DNA of 64,000 nucleotides from Amoebidium appalachense (GCA_963693365.1 CAVNZM010000002.1:15781615-15845614), one strand, 5' to 3'; positions 1 to 20,200 are shown, numbered from the stretch's first letter. Program-made: numbers and translations. Notes: a model not told the origin generated them from the letters alone.

Positions 1-1184
1 TCCTGGTTGATGTGTTCTACAACCTTCTTTTCCTTCTTCACGTTTCCATCATTAATTTCTGAACATTCCCCCGCCGAGATATTCCTACCTGTTGCCCCAA
101 CCACCACTTGTATATTTGAACCCGTCCGCCCTTCCGTCGAAGACCTTCTAAGCATAGCTCTAAGATTTAAGTACCATAGAACGTAGACTAGAACGGCCTG
201 GAAGATGAGCCACGTAGGCAGAATAATCCGCGCCGCGGGTTTATCCAAAAGTTCGAAATGTGTCAGGTTTGAAAATGTGTAGTAGATATAATAAAGGAGA
301 TAGCTCACGAAGAAGAAGAGTAAGATCATGGTTTGATCTAGATCGTATACTCTGAGGCTATTGCGTTGTGTGTGGAGCATGGTCGCCATGACAATGCAAC
401 AGGTCAGGTAGAAAAGATCCAATGAAATGCGAGCGTAGAAGAGCCTGTCCATAAGATCGTAGATCCGTGGGTCGTCAATGCCGTTGACAACCACAAACAG
501 CTGTGTGTGTGTGTGTGTGTGTGTGTGTGCCGTGGTAGTATGTGCGTGTATGTCGTTCTGCATGTATGCGGGAAAGGTGGTGAAGAGGCCCTGCGCCGGG
601 AGGGGTGGGGGTGGGTTAGTGGGTGGGGGGGAGGGGGGGGGGGGGGGGGGTTGTTGTTAGTATGTATCACGCAGGAAAAACCATGCTTGGGGCCACACTT
701 GAACAGATTGATGTTACCAATTGTACGTGCCTTTCACTCTTAGGCTTACTCCCCCCCCTTCCCCCCCCCCCCCCCCCCCCCCCCTCCCCCTTCAACCTCT
801 TCTCCCTTGCGCAATGCCTCAAGTTGCTTTGGTATGTTTAGTTAAATTTTCCATGTTGAATCCCATTTCCAATTTTTTTCAGTTCTTTCCATCAATTTTG
901 AGGGCTCGGGAGAGGCAGGCACGACAAATGTAAGTGCATTGCTGCCTTTGGTGTGTGGCCCGCACACGTGGCAAGAAATGCAGATAATAAGAACGTGATA
1001 ATCAGTAAACAAGTCAGTGTTTGTTTAAAATTTCTCAATAATGCACTGTGCCCGACTATGTGAGTAAGCGGAGATGTGTGAATCATATCTTACACGGTTC
1101 AGGTCTATGTGTCTGTAGTTTGGTGGGTAGCACACCAAGGTCTAAATGTGCCACGTGCATGTCTGTTTGACACGTGTGTCCGTG

Positions 1185-1227
<43 letters not shown>

Positions 1228-1410
1228 GTGTGTTGTGGCATGCCGGTTAGCGCTTCTTTGCATATGTCGTGTGCTTCCACAACCTGACTGACGGTGCGGC
1301 TAATGCAACTCCACCGGCAAACCAACTAAAAATTAGAAGGTAGAAACCGTTTGGTAGGGCGTGGATGCCCTGAGCCTAGTCTACCACACCCATGCAGGTT
1401 TTGTACACGG

Positions 1411-1456
<46 letters not shown>

Positions 1457-1509
1457 CTTTTTTTTTCGCTTTCTTTTCTTTTCTTTTCGTTTTTCTTTCT
1501 TTTTTTTTG

Positions 1510-1546
<37 letters not shown>

Positions 1547-2686
1547 GTGGGGGGGGGGCAGGGGGAGGGGGGAGGGAAAGGGTTGTTTGGAATACGATAT
1601 AGAGCACGAAGTACACATCCATAAACAACAAGGGGGGGGGAGGAGGGAGAGGGGGGGGAGAGAGAGAGGGGGGGGGGGGGGGAGGGGGGGGGGGGGAGGT
1701 GGGATTGTCATATACCTGATAAGTGAGCCACAGGGCCAGATAGGGCACGTGCAGAAGCACCAACACACAACACATCCACCCGAGGCCCATGGACAGGCGC
1801 ACGTGGTATGATTGCGTCCACCCGGGAGGGCAGAGGTGCGGGTGCCCAAAATAGATTATCACCAGGCGCACATACAGCACGGCCACCGGAAGATACTTTA
1901 ATGATAGCGCCATGAACCACATGGGCGTGTTGACTGGATCCTCCTAAAAGAAAGAGGGGAAATGTGTTAGAAAACTGATGCTAACGGGTCACGATCCTAC
2001 ACAAACACTCCAAAACCACAGAAAGATAAAAACAGAATGTGCATGGTGCATGCAGACAACGTACAACGATGCCTGTGTGGATTGTTAATATCTAGGCTGT
2101 GCAGGGCCATATGAGAGCACTCAATCCTGTAAAGACACACTGCAAAGCATCCGTACAAGATGTGGAGGGAATGCAATTCACAGACTTTCTCCGAAACCCA
2201 GTATGACACATGCATTACGAAGCCTAGTGATGCGTTACTAGTCTGACCTCATGATGCCGATGCTGAAGCATACAAATTATCCTTCAAGTGATTCTGGTAC
2301 ACATGGACGTGTACATACACACTATGACACACAACTTCACAAGAAATGTGCTTTGCAGAGACACTGTAGGTACAGACAGATGTAGACACGTGATAACACA
2401 CTATGTACCTGCACACGTCGATTAACACATATAGACATGCTCAGAAGCGAGTGTCGTTTGATAGTAAAAATCGAGTTGCAATGTGATCAGTTGGTGCACA
2501 CACGCAAGCACACACGGTGCCGCACACACACACGTGCACGCTCACGCACACACACACACATACGGACATCGAAGCAGGCATGCAGGATATTCGTGCTCTG
2601 CTCCAGCTACTGCCTAAATCTTAGCACATATTCAAACAATGCAAAGGCACAAGATCCCGTAGCATGTGTGGACACGCACAGACAAG

Positions 2687-2720
<34 letters not shown>

Positions 2721-3304
2721 TGCGCACGCGCGCACACACACACACGCACACACACACACACACAGACACTCACACACACACACACACACACACACATACG
2801 CACACACGTGCGCGTTGCCATATAATTCCTGCAGTGATCCATTTAAGATCTAGATCTTGGCACATTTTCAAACCATAACCATGCAAGTGCACAAGAACTC
2901 ATAGCACGTGCACACGCCTGAAACTATTGTCTTTATCGAAAACGCGATTGTGTGGTGTGGTATGGGGCAATGTGGTGGTGGCGGTGTGCAGGGGTAATGA
3001 TAAGCCTTAGGGGGCATACCGGTACCGCAGCCAAAAAAGGCATGTAGATGTTCCAACCAGTGTAAAACAACTGGATGACGAGGCCCAGCTGTGCGAGGAG
3101 GAAAAACAACGCCACATCTCTCTTCACACGCGTCAGCCCCTCTTGCCTTTCAAGGTAAAAAAGCGCAAACAACATAGCCAAAAAGAGCATCGCTCCAGCA
3201 CCGAATACGCTGAGTGCCATGGGGTAGGCCCAATCTTCAGATGTTCCTGCCACCACCGCTGTGTCTGTTTGGTTGTTAACGTCTACATCGTTAGTGGTCG
3301 ACAT
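1..3304 (-). CDS. Orphan 7-transmembrane (GPCR-like) protein, 3 exons, C-terminus runs off the window
   Basis: Exons 3020-3304 ([16 protein letters not shown]...FLAAVP), 1716-1943 ([10 protein letters not shown]...WLTYQ) and 1-500 ([10 protein letters not shown]...KKVVEHINQ) join in phase 0 via GT-AG introns. Seven hydrophobic segments, N-terminal NQT sequon, polar C-tail. Confidence 0.75.
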
Positions 3305-4769
3305 GGTGGAATGTGGGTAACCAAAGCCCAAATTTAGTAATTAAAAAGTGGGAACTTTGTTGAGCATAAGGATGGGCACGATGACTTTCTCGGCACACTG
3401 AGAGCTGAAACCGCACATGGGGAATGCATCACTGTGCAGTCGCTCACGGGCTGAAAAGTCTTAAAGCCCCTGTTGTGTTTTCGTGTTAGAAAGAGTAAGC
3501 TAAGAAACCTTATGAAATTGGTTGAGGACACGTGCGTGGAAATAACTAGAACAAGGAACTGCATTGAACTACGTACTTCTCTGATGTTTGGAGCTAATGT
3601 AGAAGGAAAGATCTCTAAGGCCCCTCCGTGTGCTCTCGTTGTGGTGCATATGCATGCATGGGAGGTGTACAAAGGCTATGGTCTACGTGGTGATATGTAA
3701 TGTATTTGAAATATACATGTTTTGTACATCTATATACCGATGCATACGAAAGCACTGTAATCACGTATATGGTCTATTCTTGTAGGACTCGTTGTTGGTC
3801 TCATGTCGGTGACGAAGTTGTCAGCAGGCAAACTAACGGTTTTTTGAACGTACGTGGAACTTGGCGATGAACCGGGAACAGGGCGTGAAATAATGAATAG
3901 CACATTCCCCTCTCGCAGCACATTCCCCTCGTGAGTTCCCGAAGTCCCAAAAGGTTCTCCCTAACTTTGAGGTTATTTACACTTATCCGCTATATTTTTC
4001 AGTCATGACTTGAGTAGTAGGTTTAAAAAATTATTTAAAAGATACCTCCTTAGCACGTTGCTCATGTTTATAGATTTCATAGGGCCACCCAGGTGGCTGG
4101 TAAGACTTGTTGTTACACCCATTGCCAGTGTCATTCAATGGGAAACGTGCCAGCGTCATTCCCAATTTCACACCCTGATAGGCAATTGCGGGGACTCCAT
4201 GGCAAGATTTGTACGAGCGATTTACTCGCAGTTGAACAGGTTCACTTTGAAGCTGCAAGAGAAAAGTGTAGGTTGGCCCCATGAAACTGTATATTTAGCA
4301 CTATAAGTGTGTGCTCAATGTATCCTGAAAATGTTTTTCAGCGCAAATGCAAGGCGTATACGGGGAACTTCGAAATTCGGAATGGAAGTGACTCTCAATG
4401 TAGGCTACCGTAGCACGCACGGGCACGCACCGCCGGTTGACTGATTGGTACATTGCGCACTGTGTATCAGGGTTGAAAACTTGAGGTTGAGATATTTGAA
4501 TATGGTCCCGGGACCAGGATCCAACTGTTTTCTCGACTAGTATTAGCTATGTAGTTGTAAAGAGCAGCTCTCTATAAAAAAATGAAAATGAAATGGGCTT
4601 TTTTTTATTTTTTAGAGGGTGATATAACTTGAGGGTGGGGGATTATTACCATTTAAAAAAGAAACCAGCATGCTGTGTCATATTTTCACCCTGGGGAAAA
4701 TATTTGCTAAAAAGTGCAACTCAGCTATTTGATTGGTAGAAATGATTCGTTTTTTGTGCAAATGATTGA

Positions 4770-4997
4770 TATCGTCCGCGAATAAGAGCCCCCCAAAATG
4801 TGGCCGGGGGGCGGAATCTTAAATTTTTTGGAGGGTCGGGGTCAGAATCTTAATGGCGGAAGGATCATCTAGTATTATTTAATCCTCCTGGGCCGCCAAT
4901 AAGATCATCTTGAAAACGGGCTGGGGGGCAGAATCTTAAAAAAAGACCGTTTTGGGGGCGAAATCTTATTGGCGGGGGTTGTTATTCGCGGACAGTA
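4770..4997. mobile_element. MITE, Tc1/mariner/pogo-type
   Basis: Terminal inverted repeats (ta)tcgtccgcgaataa / ttattcgcggacag(ta), TA at both ends, four internal copies of a gggg..aatctta motif, no ORF. Confidence 0.7.
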
Positions 4998-6172
4998 TCT
5001 GTAACATCATGTGACTGTCATTGCACATGTACCCACGTGCATGCATACATGCATGTGGATTAAAGTGTGTATGCGCAATACTGCACAGTAAAGTTATGTA
5101 TATCTATTATGCACATAATGATATACCAAAGCTAGAGACTTTGAATCATGCGACTGTGTTTGAAAGCGCACAACACCGGGATCTTCTCAAGCCCAATATA
5201 TCATGTCTGCCTCACGCTGGCAGATCTTGCCCGGCGGTGCGCTCCGACTCTCCGAGTCCGAGTCGGCGGCCTTGATCAAGTTGCCAATGGCCGTGACCGT
5301 GACATGACATACATCATTGAACAGCTGCGTGTACTTGCGTCAGTTGCGTGTACGCTGTACATGGCATGCACATGTACGACGCCGCGCTATGATAAGCACA
5401 TGTTCATCTTTACCCTCGATATAGTCGAATTGAGCTGGCGAGCAAGTGGAGACATACACATGCAAGCATCTATATCTGCATGCAGCTGTGTCACGGTCAC
5501 GGTCACGTCTCCATCTCACTCGATCGGCAGTGCGCACAAAAGTCTTGCCAATGATCGAATGTTCTCTGCGGCACGCGCAAAATGGATATGCCAGAATTCT
5601 TTATGCTAATTTGTCGAAAAGTCCTGTTAGTGTTGCCTGTGTGTGCATATGTATAACATGTACTTGTTTACTTCTACCATAAAATTTCTTGGGGACACAA
5701 AGTTACAAAAATTTGCTGTGTCTTCGTATTGGTTCAGTCTATCTTTCAGTGTCTGCAAACGGAAACGTGCACAGGAACCTGTCCGACGATAAATAAGATG
5801 ACAAAGGATTTTATTACGAACAGAGTCATGCACAGCCACCGCCACACCTCTGAAGGCTGGCCACAGGCCAGGTTATTTACAGGGCGCCAGCTTCATGATA
5901 CCCAGCCACCACTAACACGAAAGTGCCAGAAACCCAAATCCCCCCTGCACGTGCACATTCATCGCAAAACTGGGCTACACACACACACACGCAGACGTGA
6001 CACACATACACACACACGCACACACACACCCTGCGCCGCAGCCGTGCAGCAAGCCTCTCATGAACAACATGGCACTAAGTGACTTTCAATTCATTCCTTG
6101 CACCCCCAACTATCAACAATAATAACGAATTAAATAATCCCAACCCTTCTCCCGCCGTGTTTTTTGGTGCTT

Positions 6173-12831
<6,659 letters not shown>

Positions 12832-13535
12832 CTAAGCCTCCTATACCTTTAACTACACAGTCGCCTAACAATAATTCTTGTTTATTTCTGTTGGTTCAAT
12901 CACACTCAAAAACCATAAGGTTAGGCGCCTAACACAAACTTAGCTGGGGAGAAAAAAAAACTGAACGTTGGAGCAAAAAATCGGCGGGCGGGCAAAGTTG
13001 CGTTCGTCGCCTGGGTGCTGTATCAGCAGTTAAATCTTTATACGTTTATTGGATTAATATTATTGGAGGATCTGGGAATTGTGGCAACGAATTCTGTAGC
13101 CGCGAAAAAGGGGGTAATGGTTCAAAACCCAAAGACCACAAGGCTAAAACCAACATAGCTAACCACAAAGCTACTAAATGACACATTATATGCTATTTAA
13201 TATCCTTTTTTTGTTTTCCCGAGCTTTTTGCTGTTCTGCGTGCATGTTTTGTGGGTTGCATTTGTGGTCAGGAGGCAAATGGACGCGAACAGAGTCAGCC
13301 AATCAGAGCAAGGCTATGGCGTCACACGTTCACCTCTAGCGATCATCAATGATCAATCAGAAAACCGTAAAGCAGGAGAAGCAAGGGCAACGAAATAATG
13401 TGTGGAACAGTGTGATGTAGATGTGTGCTGTTTGAACAGCATGTTCAACTTGTTTCTTTTGCCGAATGTGCGGTGCATTTACACAAGTTAAAGTGATGAG
13501 GAAGAGCTCATCTCTTTTTTTTCTATTTATGATGA

Positions 13536-14372
13536 GCTTTTTTCCCAGCTAAACATAGTGGATCGCAAAACCCCAAAACTCATGAGCAAACATCTCGCGA
13601 CGGAGACATTTCCACCCCAACACAAAACAACACAGGACCGGAAGCACAGCTCCCGGCAGAGTTCCTAGAATATGCGAACTCTCGTAAAACACCCGAGCTC
13701 CGCCAAATTGCCAAGGAAACATATGCCAGCATTCTTGCAGGCAACGAGTACCGCCGCAACTCCCCTCCCAAACCGCCGGCTAAGGGGAACACCCAAGCAA
13801 ACGGTAACATCAACATCCCACCCAAATACGAGAGGGTGTATTTCAAAGTCAAGCACGGCAGACGCCCACACAGGGCCATGTGGTCCATCTTCAAGGCTCT
13901 CGGCTTCCGGTGCTCTCGCATCCTTTGTCTGTCCTTCATTGGATACGATGTGCTGGAAGTAGCAGTACGGGGCGACTATAACCGTGCGTTCATCCGTGAC
14001 GCGACAAAGGGGTGTGGAAGCTTCTTCACCCACCTCCCAAGCTACGACCCATGCGCGCCGGAAAACATTCAGAAAGCAGACAAAGAACGTAAAGTGTCTG
14101 CTAAGAATGCGTGCGCCACACGTTGTCGTGTACGCATCAGCAAGGCAAAAGAGTTCCTCGCAAAGTTGGAAAACGATGCTACGAGCGTGATAGACACGGA
14201 CACGAAGGAACCAATGTTTTCTGGTGAGAAACTGCTCGAGCGCAAACGCCGATGCGAGATGGAAATCGAGCTCTTCTGCGAACTGTTCGCGCTGGCGGAA
14301 GGTCGTGCATACGACCCCGTAAGCGACAAGTGGGAACCAACCCCACAGGTGTCGGACCAAACCGATGCCTAA
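13536..14372 (+). CDS. Retrotransposon ORF1 (open frame lacking an upstream ATG; probably 5'-truncated)
   Basis: Stop-free frame 13536-14372: ...YERVYFKVKHGRRPHRAMWSIFKALGFRCSRILCLSFIGYDVLEV...DY...F...YDP..., directly upstream of and overlapping the ORF2 start. Confidence 0.7.
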   Translation, partial: AFFPAKHSGSQNPKTHEQTSRDGDISTPTQNNTGPEAQLPAEFLEYANSRKTPELRQIAKETYASILAGNEYRRNSPPKPPAKGNTQANGNINIPPKYERVYFKVKHGRRPHRAMWSIFKALGFRCSRILCLSFIGYDVLEVAVRGDYNRAFIRDATKGCGSFFTHLPSYDPCAPENIQKADKERKVSAKNACATRCRVRISKAKEFLAKLENDATSVIDTDTKEPMFSGEKLLERKRRCEMEIELFCELFALAEGRAYDPVSDKWEPTPQVSDQTDA

Positions 14373-17300
14373 TTTATCCTTCTTCTTCTGGAATGCTCGG
14401 ACACTGGGCCCCCAAAAGGGCCTCCCCCCCCGGGACACTCGACGATAAAATCAGCTACATACAACAACAGACAAACAACCACACGTTTACAGTGATTTGC
14501 GAAACACAGTTTAAAAACCACCACAAATTCAACTCTACATTGGTCGACACATCCACACACCCCGGTTACGCGAAAAACCGAGGCATTATTGTACTTGCCG
14601 CACCACACGTGAGAGTGAAGTGCAAACCGGTAGCAAAAACGGAATTCTCGGTTTCTATAGAGTTTCTTTCTAATGTTTTTACTTTTGTATATTACCCACC
14701 ATCTATGTCGGTTGTCGAATTGACTCACGAGTTGTCACAGTTACCAATGTCCACTGTTATTTTAGGTGATTTTAACACGCGACTCCACCACACAGACACA
14801 CTGCAAGTGAGTGTCGGGTACCCATCTAAGCCCCCGGAGCGTGCTATCCCTTTAGCAAGGTATGTCCAAAGTCACACTTTGCGGTTCCCTCAAATATCCC
14901 ATGCCCACAACACCGACTGGGGAGTGGCCTTTTGGCCATCAACCATGTCAAAACTCTCTCTCCCTCCTAACCTCTCTAGGTCATCTGACCACTCTCCTAT
15001 CCTTTTCCTACCTAAGATCTCCCTTGATCTGCTCCCCCCTCCCCCTCCCACCTTTCGCCTCCGTCTATCCCAGCTTAAGTCACAGTGGGGTAGAGTTGAT
15101 GTATGTGTATGCTATGCTACGAAACACCCTATATATATGCGCCTATTAGAATCTGCACAAGCCAGGCCAGATTCACATCTCGTACTAGATACATGCACTA
15201 ACTTTATTGTTGATGATTTGATAGATCTCGGTGATTATGCTGGCGGTGGTAGGAAGGAATATCCCGATGCTCTCTTGTTACCAAACACCACTCCCGCTAG
15301 ACTAGGTGAACCCCTGTCTCAAAAGGAAAGCTTGCGCCGGCTTGCTAGTATGAATCGATTTGGCCCCCCTGCTCGTATTATTGGTGATACCACTGGAGAC
15401 CCCCTCATAGACTCTGATAAGTATTTCTCGGAACTGTTTAAAGATAGGACCCCCGCTCAGAAACCTATTGTGTGGCCTGTAGACCCATCTATCCCCATAG
15501 AATCGATCCTCCCCTTTTTCAGTCCCGATGCCATATGGTCTGTGATATCTAGTTATAGCTCTAGTAAGTCTTGTGGACCTGATGGACTCCCTGCTGGGTT
15601 TCTTAAAATCCTTGTTCCCTCCTACCCACAAAAGGAAAGTGATCGTGCTATTAAACCTGATCTTACTATCATGTTAAGCTCTCTCTTTTCTTGGTGTGTT
15701 AAATGTGGACATGTCCCGTCATCTTGGTTAGATACCTTAGTGATCCCCATAGTTAAGGAGGACTCTGAGGGCCCCATATCATCCTTTCGCCCCATTACAC
15801 TAACCCAGGTTGTTCGTAGATTCTTTGAAGCTTGCTTACTTAGGTTATTTGCACATCACCCTAGGTTTCAATCTATTCTTCACATACACCCATGCCAATC
15901 CGCTTTTCGTAAAAACAATTCATGTTATGTTCAAATAATGGCACTGCACGATTCTATGCAAGTTGGTGCACAATATGTTGGCTTTATTGATTGGAAAACT
16001 GCTTACGATTCTGTCTCCCCTGGTCTCCTATGGGAAAAGCTTGCTGCACGGGGTGTACCACACTGCATTGGTGTTCTGTTAGAAGCACTCTTGTCTCAAA
16101 CCTATGGTAGAGCTGTGGTTAATGGGCATCTTTCATATGGTTTTGCTCGTACTAGAGGTCTCTTGCAGGGTTCATTGCTTAGCCCCTTTTTGTTTAACCT
16201 ATTTATAGATGATTTGGCTGTCAAGATTTACGCCGAAAACGATGACCCTATTAATAACTTTCCGCCTGCACTTCTCTATGCTGATGATCTGTCCCTCCTT
16301 GCCCGTACCCCTAGACGCCTGCAAAGATTGTTCGATGTAGTGTCAGAGTGGTGCAAGGCAAACCTTATGATCCTTAACATAGACAAATGTGGTGTTCTTG
16401 TACCTGATATAGCTAACAATTTACACACATTTACATTATCATCTAAACCTGTACCTATAGTTCCAGAATACAAATATCTTGGTGTTCCGGTTGATTCTGT
16501 TGGTGTTATGTTTCCCCATATGGTCGAAAAGAGGGTAGAGTTGGCTCGTAAGCGGTTAGCTTTCTTCTCGGCTAATATTTTTAAAGACACACCCCTCCAT
16601 CCTTCTATTAGACTTACATTTATTCGCACTTTTGTCTTCCCGGCATGTGAATATGGTTTACCCCTTCTCGCCGCTTGGATCAAGAAAGAGAGAACTAGAG
16701 CGCTTAAACCCTTGGCAAATTTCCTTGAAGCAGAAGTTGCCTCCTTTCTATCTAACAACTGTTGTAAACCTGGGCCTGTAACGCTCTCGATATATGGTCT
16801 GGTCCCAATAGCTGCTAGAGTATCCTATCTCGCGCTGAAATTCAATAAGCACATAAGCCGCTTAAAGAAGTATTTGCCCTCCCACCCTCTCTTCTCTATC
16901 CGACCTGTCCCCTCCTCACCTCTCCCCTCTTTCCTCCCCTCTCTCTCCCCTTCTCCCCTGGGCACAAATACAAATAAACCCCGCAATAGTGTGTGTGTGA
17001 CTTTGGACTGCCACTTACTTATTAAACATGTACACAATCACAAGATAATCACGCAATATAACAAATGGAAAAAGATACCACACGACACTAGACCCGATGA
17101 AAGCATACACCTTGAAAAACTAAGCCTTATGTCTCGTTTTATATATACTGACCGCCTCAACCATATTGCCAAATATGGCACTCGCAAGTGTATAACACCT
17201 AAATACATATTACCTTCCTGTAGAACTGGTCTTTCTCTAGCTGATGGTATTATTGATCAATTACCACGCTTTTACTGTACACGTGCTATACAGTGGAGAT

Positions 17301-17560
17301 CTAATAAGTATAAGGTGGCATCATTTGCATGCCCAAACAACACACACACACACCAGTTTAACCGGTCATGTATCGCCAAATGTAGTTTGATAGACCACAT
17401 AATACCGCAACACACACACGTCACATTCACAACAGACACCCAGAAAGATAGCCTACCTGTAAATTACAACATCCTTGATTTTATACTAAACACGCGTAAC
17501 TACGACCTGTTTATTAGATGTATTGATTGGCTTGAGAAACACATCACTACAAAATTATAG
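14365..17560 (+). CDS. Retrotransposon ORF2: APE endonuclease + reverse transcriptase (one +1 frameshift near 14424-14431)
   Basis: APE motifs FWNARTL (from ATG 14365), ICET, YYPP, ILGDFN, SDH. RT motifs GPDG, FRPITL, QSAFR, FIDWKTAYDSV, GLLQGSLLSPFLFNLFIDDL, YADD, YKYLGV. Confidence 0.93.
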
Positions 17561-17564
17561 CGCA

Positions 17565-17633
<69 letters not shown>

Positions 17634-17665
17634 CCAGCTGATACCGAGTGTCCCGAGGGGAGCCC

Positions 17666-17716
<51 letters not shown>

Positions 17717-19681
17717 GGGGAACCCCAACTAATTGATTTCTCCTTGTAGTCTTTATGGTGTCTCGTAGAGAAAGTAAACCCTGATATATAGTCACCACCC
17801 GACATCTATGTACGTGATCATGATATACCGCTGAGGGGATATTCCGAGCAAAACCCCCCCCCCATACCTGAGACTGGTTCTCTTTGCCTCGAGTAAACAG
17901 CGTAAACCCCCAGTTTATTTAAGACAGATCTTGGGGTGTTATGATGGGCAATGCCACAAAGAGCATAGGAAATATTCAATGATGTAGTATGCAGCACATT
18001 CCCTTCTACGCAGATCTTGACGTCGAGTTCTTTCAGCTCTATGTTTATAACAATACTTTATGGTCACATGTGTCCAGAAACGTTGGAAATATATGCATGG
18101 AGCGTGCATCCACGAACCTTACACTCTTCCATGGGGCCTGGGCCAGTCCATGTCTTGGCAAAATAGGGACGCGGTTGCCACTTCAAGTCATGCGCATGAA
18201 GACCATGAGTCCCAGCAGGTTGAAGATAAGAAATAACTGATATTTGTCAACAAGCACTTTGACAGAGTGTATGAAGTTTAACCATTCACCGGCAGATTTG
18301 AGGATCAACACCTCGGGTGTCGCCACAAAAGACGTGTGGCAATGGTGGCAATTGGTGTACACACACACACGCATTTGGAAGGATGTGCAAAACTGAACAT
18401 CACCAGAGGGTCGCCGCAGAAAGCACTCGCACGCTTTCACATCTACGTAACCTAGCTCCCATCCCCCTTGTTTCCACCTTCCATCACCCTTGCTTTGTGC
18501 ACCAAAATAGGCAAGTGCAGCAAAACCTGTCTGTTGATTCCCCACCCAGGACACCCTTCACCCCGTGCCAGCCCAGTGATGTTCACATACGTGCCTCGAC
18601 AAGTGCCTCGACAATCACCCTGTAATCAGTACCCATACACACACGCACGCACACAGACATGTGGTCTTGGAAACCCACGAACTGGGTGATTACGGTTGTA
18701 ACATAGTACATGTAGAGCGTCGGATGTTCAGCAGGCCTGGGGCGAGGCGGGGCGGGGCGGGCGGGGGCCGGAGCGGAGAGGGGACGGGAGGGGGGTTGCG
18801 GGGGCATGGGCAGGCCCAGGGGCAGGGGACGGAGGGGGGGTGGGGAGGGGAAGGAGACGGGGTAGAGGGGGAGGAAGAGGGGAAAGAGGGGGGGGGGGGG
18901 GGGGGGGAGGAAGGGGGCATGTGAACGTCATGCTGAAAGTGTTGTCTCCGCCTTTCCTCTCCCCAAAACTTGAGCACCCTTCAAACCGTTCCCTTTCTTC
19001 CCACGCCCGTGCCTCCTCACCCCCTTCCTGTTTTGCTTTTATCTACTGTCCACGCCCCACGCCCTTCAGGTTCCCCCCCTCCCGCCTCCCCCTCCCCCCT
19101 CCCCTTTCATGCACCCTTTATCCCTTTCACCCAAGGCTTCATGCACAAAATACATGGTTGAGAATCGTTATGACCCTTCTTTTGGCAACTCCCGGACCAT
19201 ACACAACACACATACCCCTTTCTTTCGGGGCACGAAACATCCCCGCTGAGCAAACTGTGCACGTGGACGTACGCGCTATTTTTTGATCTTTCTGAAACAC
19301 TATTGTTTAGCCTCAGCATGTTCGCTCCTTTGCTTTTGGCCTTGGCTATGCCCAATGATGCACCATGTCGTTCATGGGGGTCACTTTACCATCGATATTG
19401 CTAGCTCAGGGAGAAGGAAGATCCATGCGATTACCTCTAACATAATATTGTGTTTTTGTGCACTGCAGCACCAGTGTAGGTGCTTTGGTATGGCTATGCG
19501 CCAGGTACACCTTCAGGCTGTATTCATGATTTGATTTGATTTGATTTCTCGTGCTTTGCTGTGTGTGTGTGGTGGTAATGGTTTTTTTCTTTCTTTTTTT
19601 TTTTGGGGGGGGGGGGGGGGGGGGAGGGGGCGGGGGGGAGGGGAAGGAAGGGTGGGAAGGGGGGGGGGGGGGGGGGGGAGA

Positions 19682-20013
19682 AGGTTTGAAGGGGCAAGGT
19701 GGGCCGAGATCAAGTCACAGAGGGCATAGACCGTGGACAGATTTCACGCTCATTTGTCATGCGATTGTCGAATTTAAAGGCATAAAGCTTTTTTAAAAAA
19801 AAATTGGGGGGCGTTGGGTGTGCAGGGGGAGGGGGGGGGGGAGGGGGGGGGGGAGGTAGTAGTAAATATCGAGGCATTGAGGTCACACCTTGTGGTTCCT
19901 TCATGGGGGGGAGGGGGGGAGGGTACCTGCTCGAGGGGATGGTGGTCCCGGCTTCCCCTCCGTTCCTTAAAACCCCTCCCTTTTTTGTTTTTTATTTTTT
20001 ATTTTTTATTTTT

Positions 20014-20056
<43 letters not shown>

Positions 20057-20200
20057 GGGGGGGGAAGGAGGGGCGAGGGGGAGGGGGAGGGTTTGGCGCG
20101 AGGGGAACCGGGATTAAGGTGTAAGTGAACATGGACAGTGGACAGATTTCACGCTTATTTGCCATGCTTATTTGATATAGGGATAGATTTGCCAGCTGTG
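19682..20200. repeat. Two diverged direct copies of a second G-tract-adjacent repeat
   Basis: gtggacagatttcacgct(c/t)atttg(t/c)catgc at about 19733 and 20138; each unit begins GGTTTG just after a G-rich tract. Confidence 0.55.

Larger units (their letters stand above)
13536..17716 (+). mobile_element. Non-LTR retrotransposon (ORF1 + APE-endonuclease/RT ORF2) with poly(A) tail
   Basis: Two overlapping ORFs, short 3' UTR containing (CA)n, poly(A) at 17670-17716. The 5' boundary is approximate and no clear TSD was found. Confidence 0.92.

Noticed and set aside
4407-4425. Helitron-like 3' hairpin ccgtagcacgcacgg
   Set aside because: No CTRR terminus at the expected distance.
14252-14364. Track's N-terminus for the 1102-aa ORF2
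   Set aside because: It overlaps ORF1 out of frame and lacks the WN motif found from ATG 14365.
13665-14438. 257-aa minus-strand ORF
   Set aside because: Antisense to retrotransposon ORF1.
13540-17732. Target-site duplication for the LINE (cccagctaa / cccaactaa)
   Set aside because: Imperfect and not flush with the poly(A) end.
17927-18240. Glycosyltransferase-like fragment (GVMMGNAT, YADLDVEF)
   Set aside because: Motifs too short, stop-interrupted, no supportable gene model.
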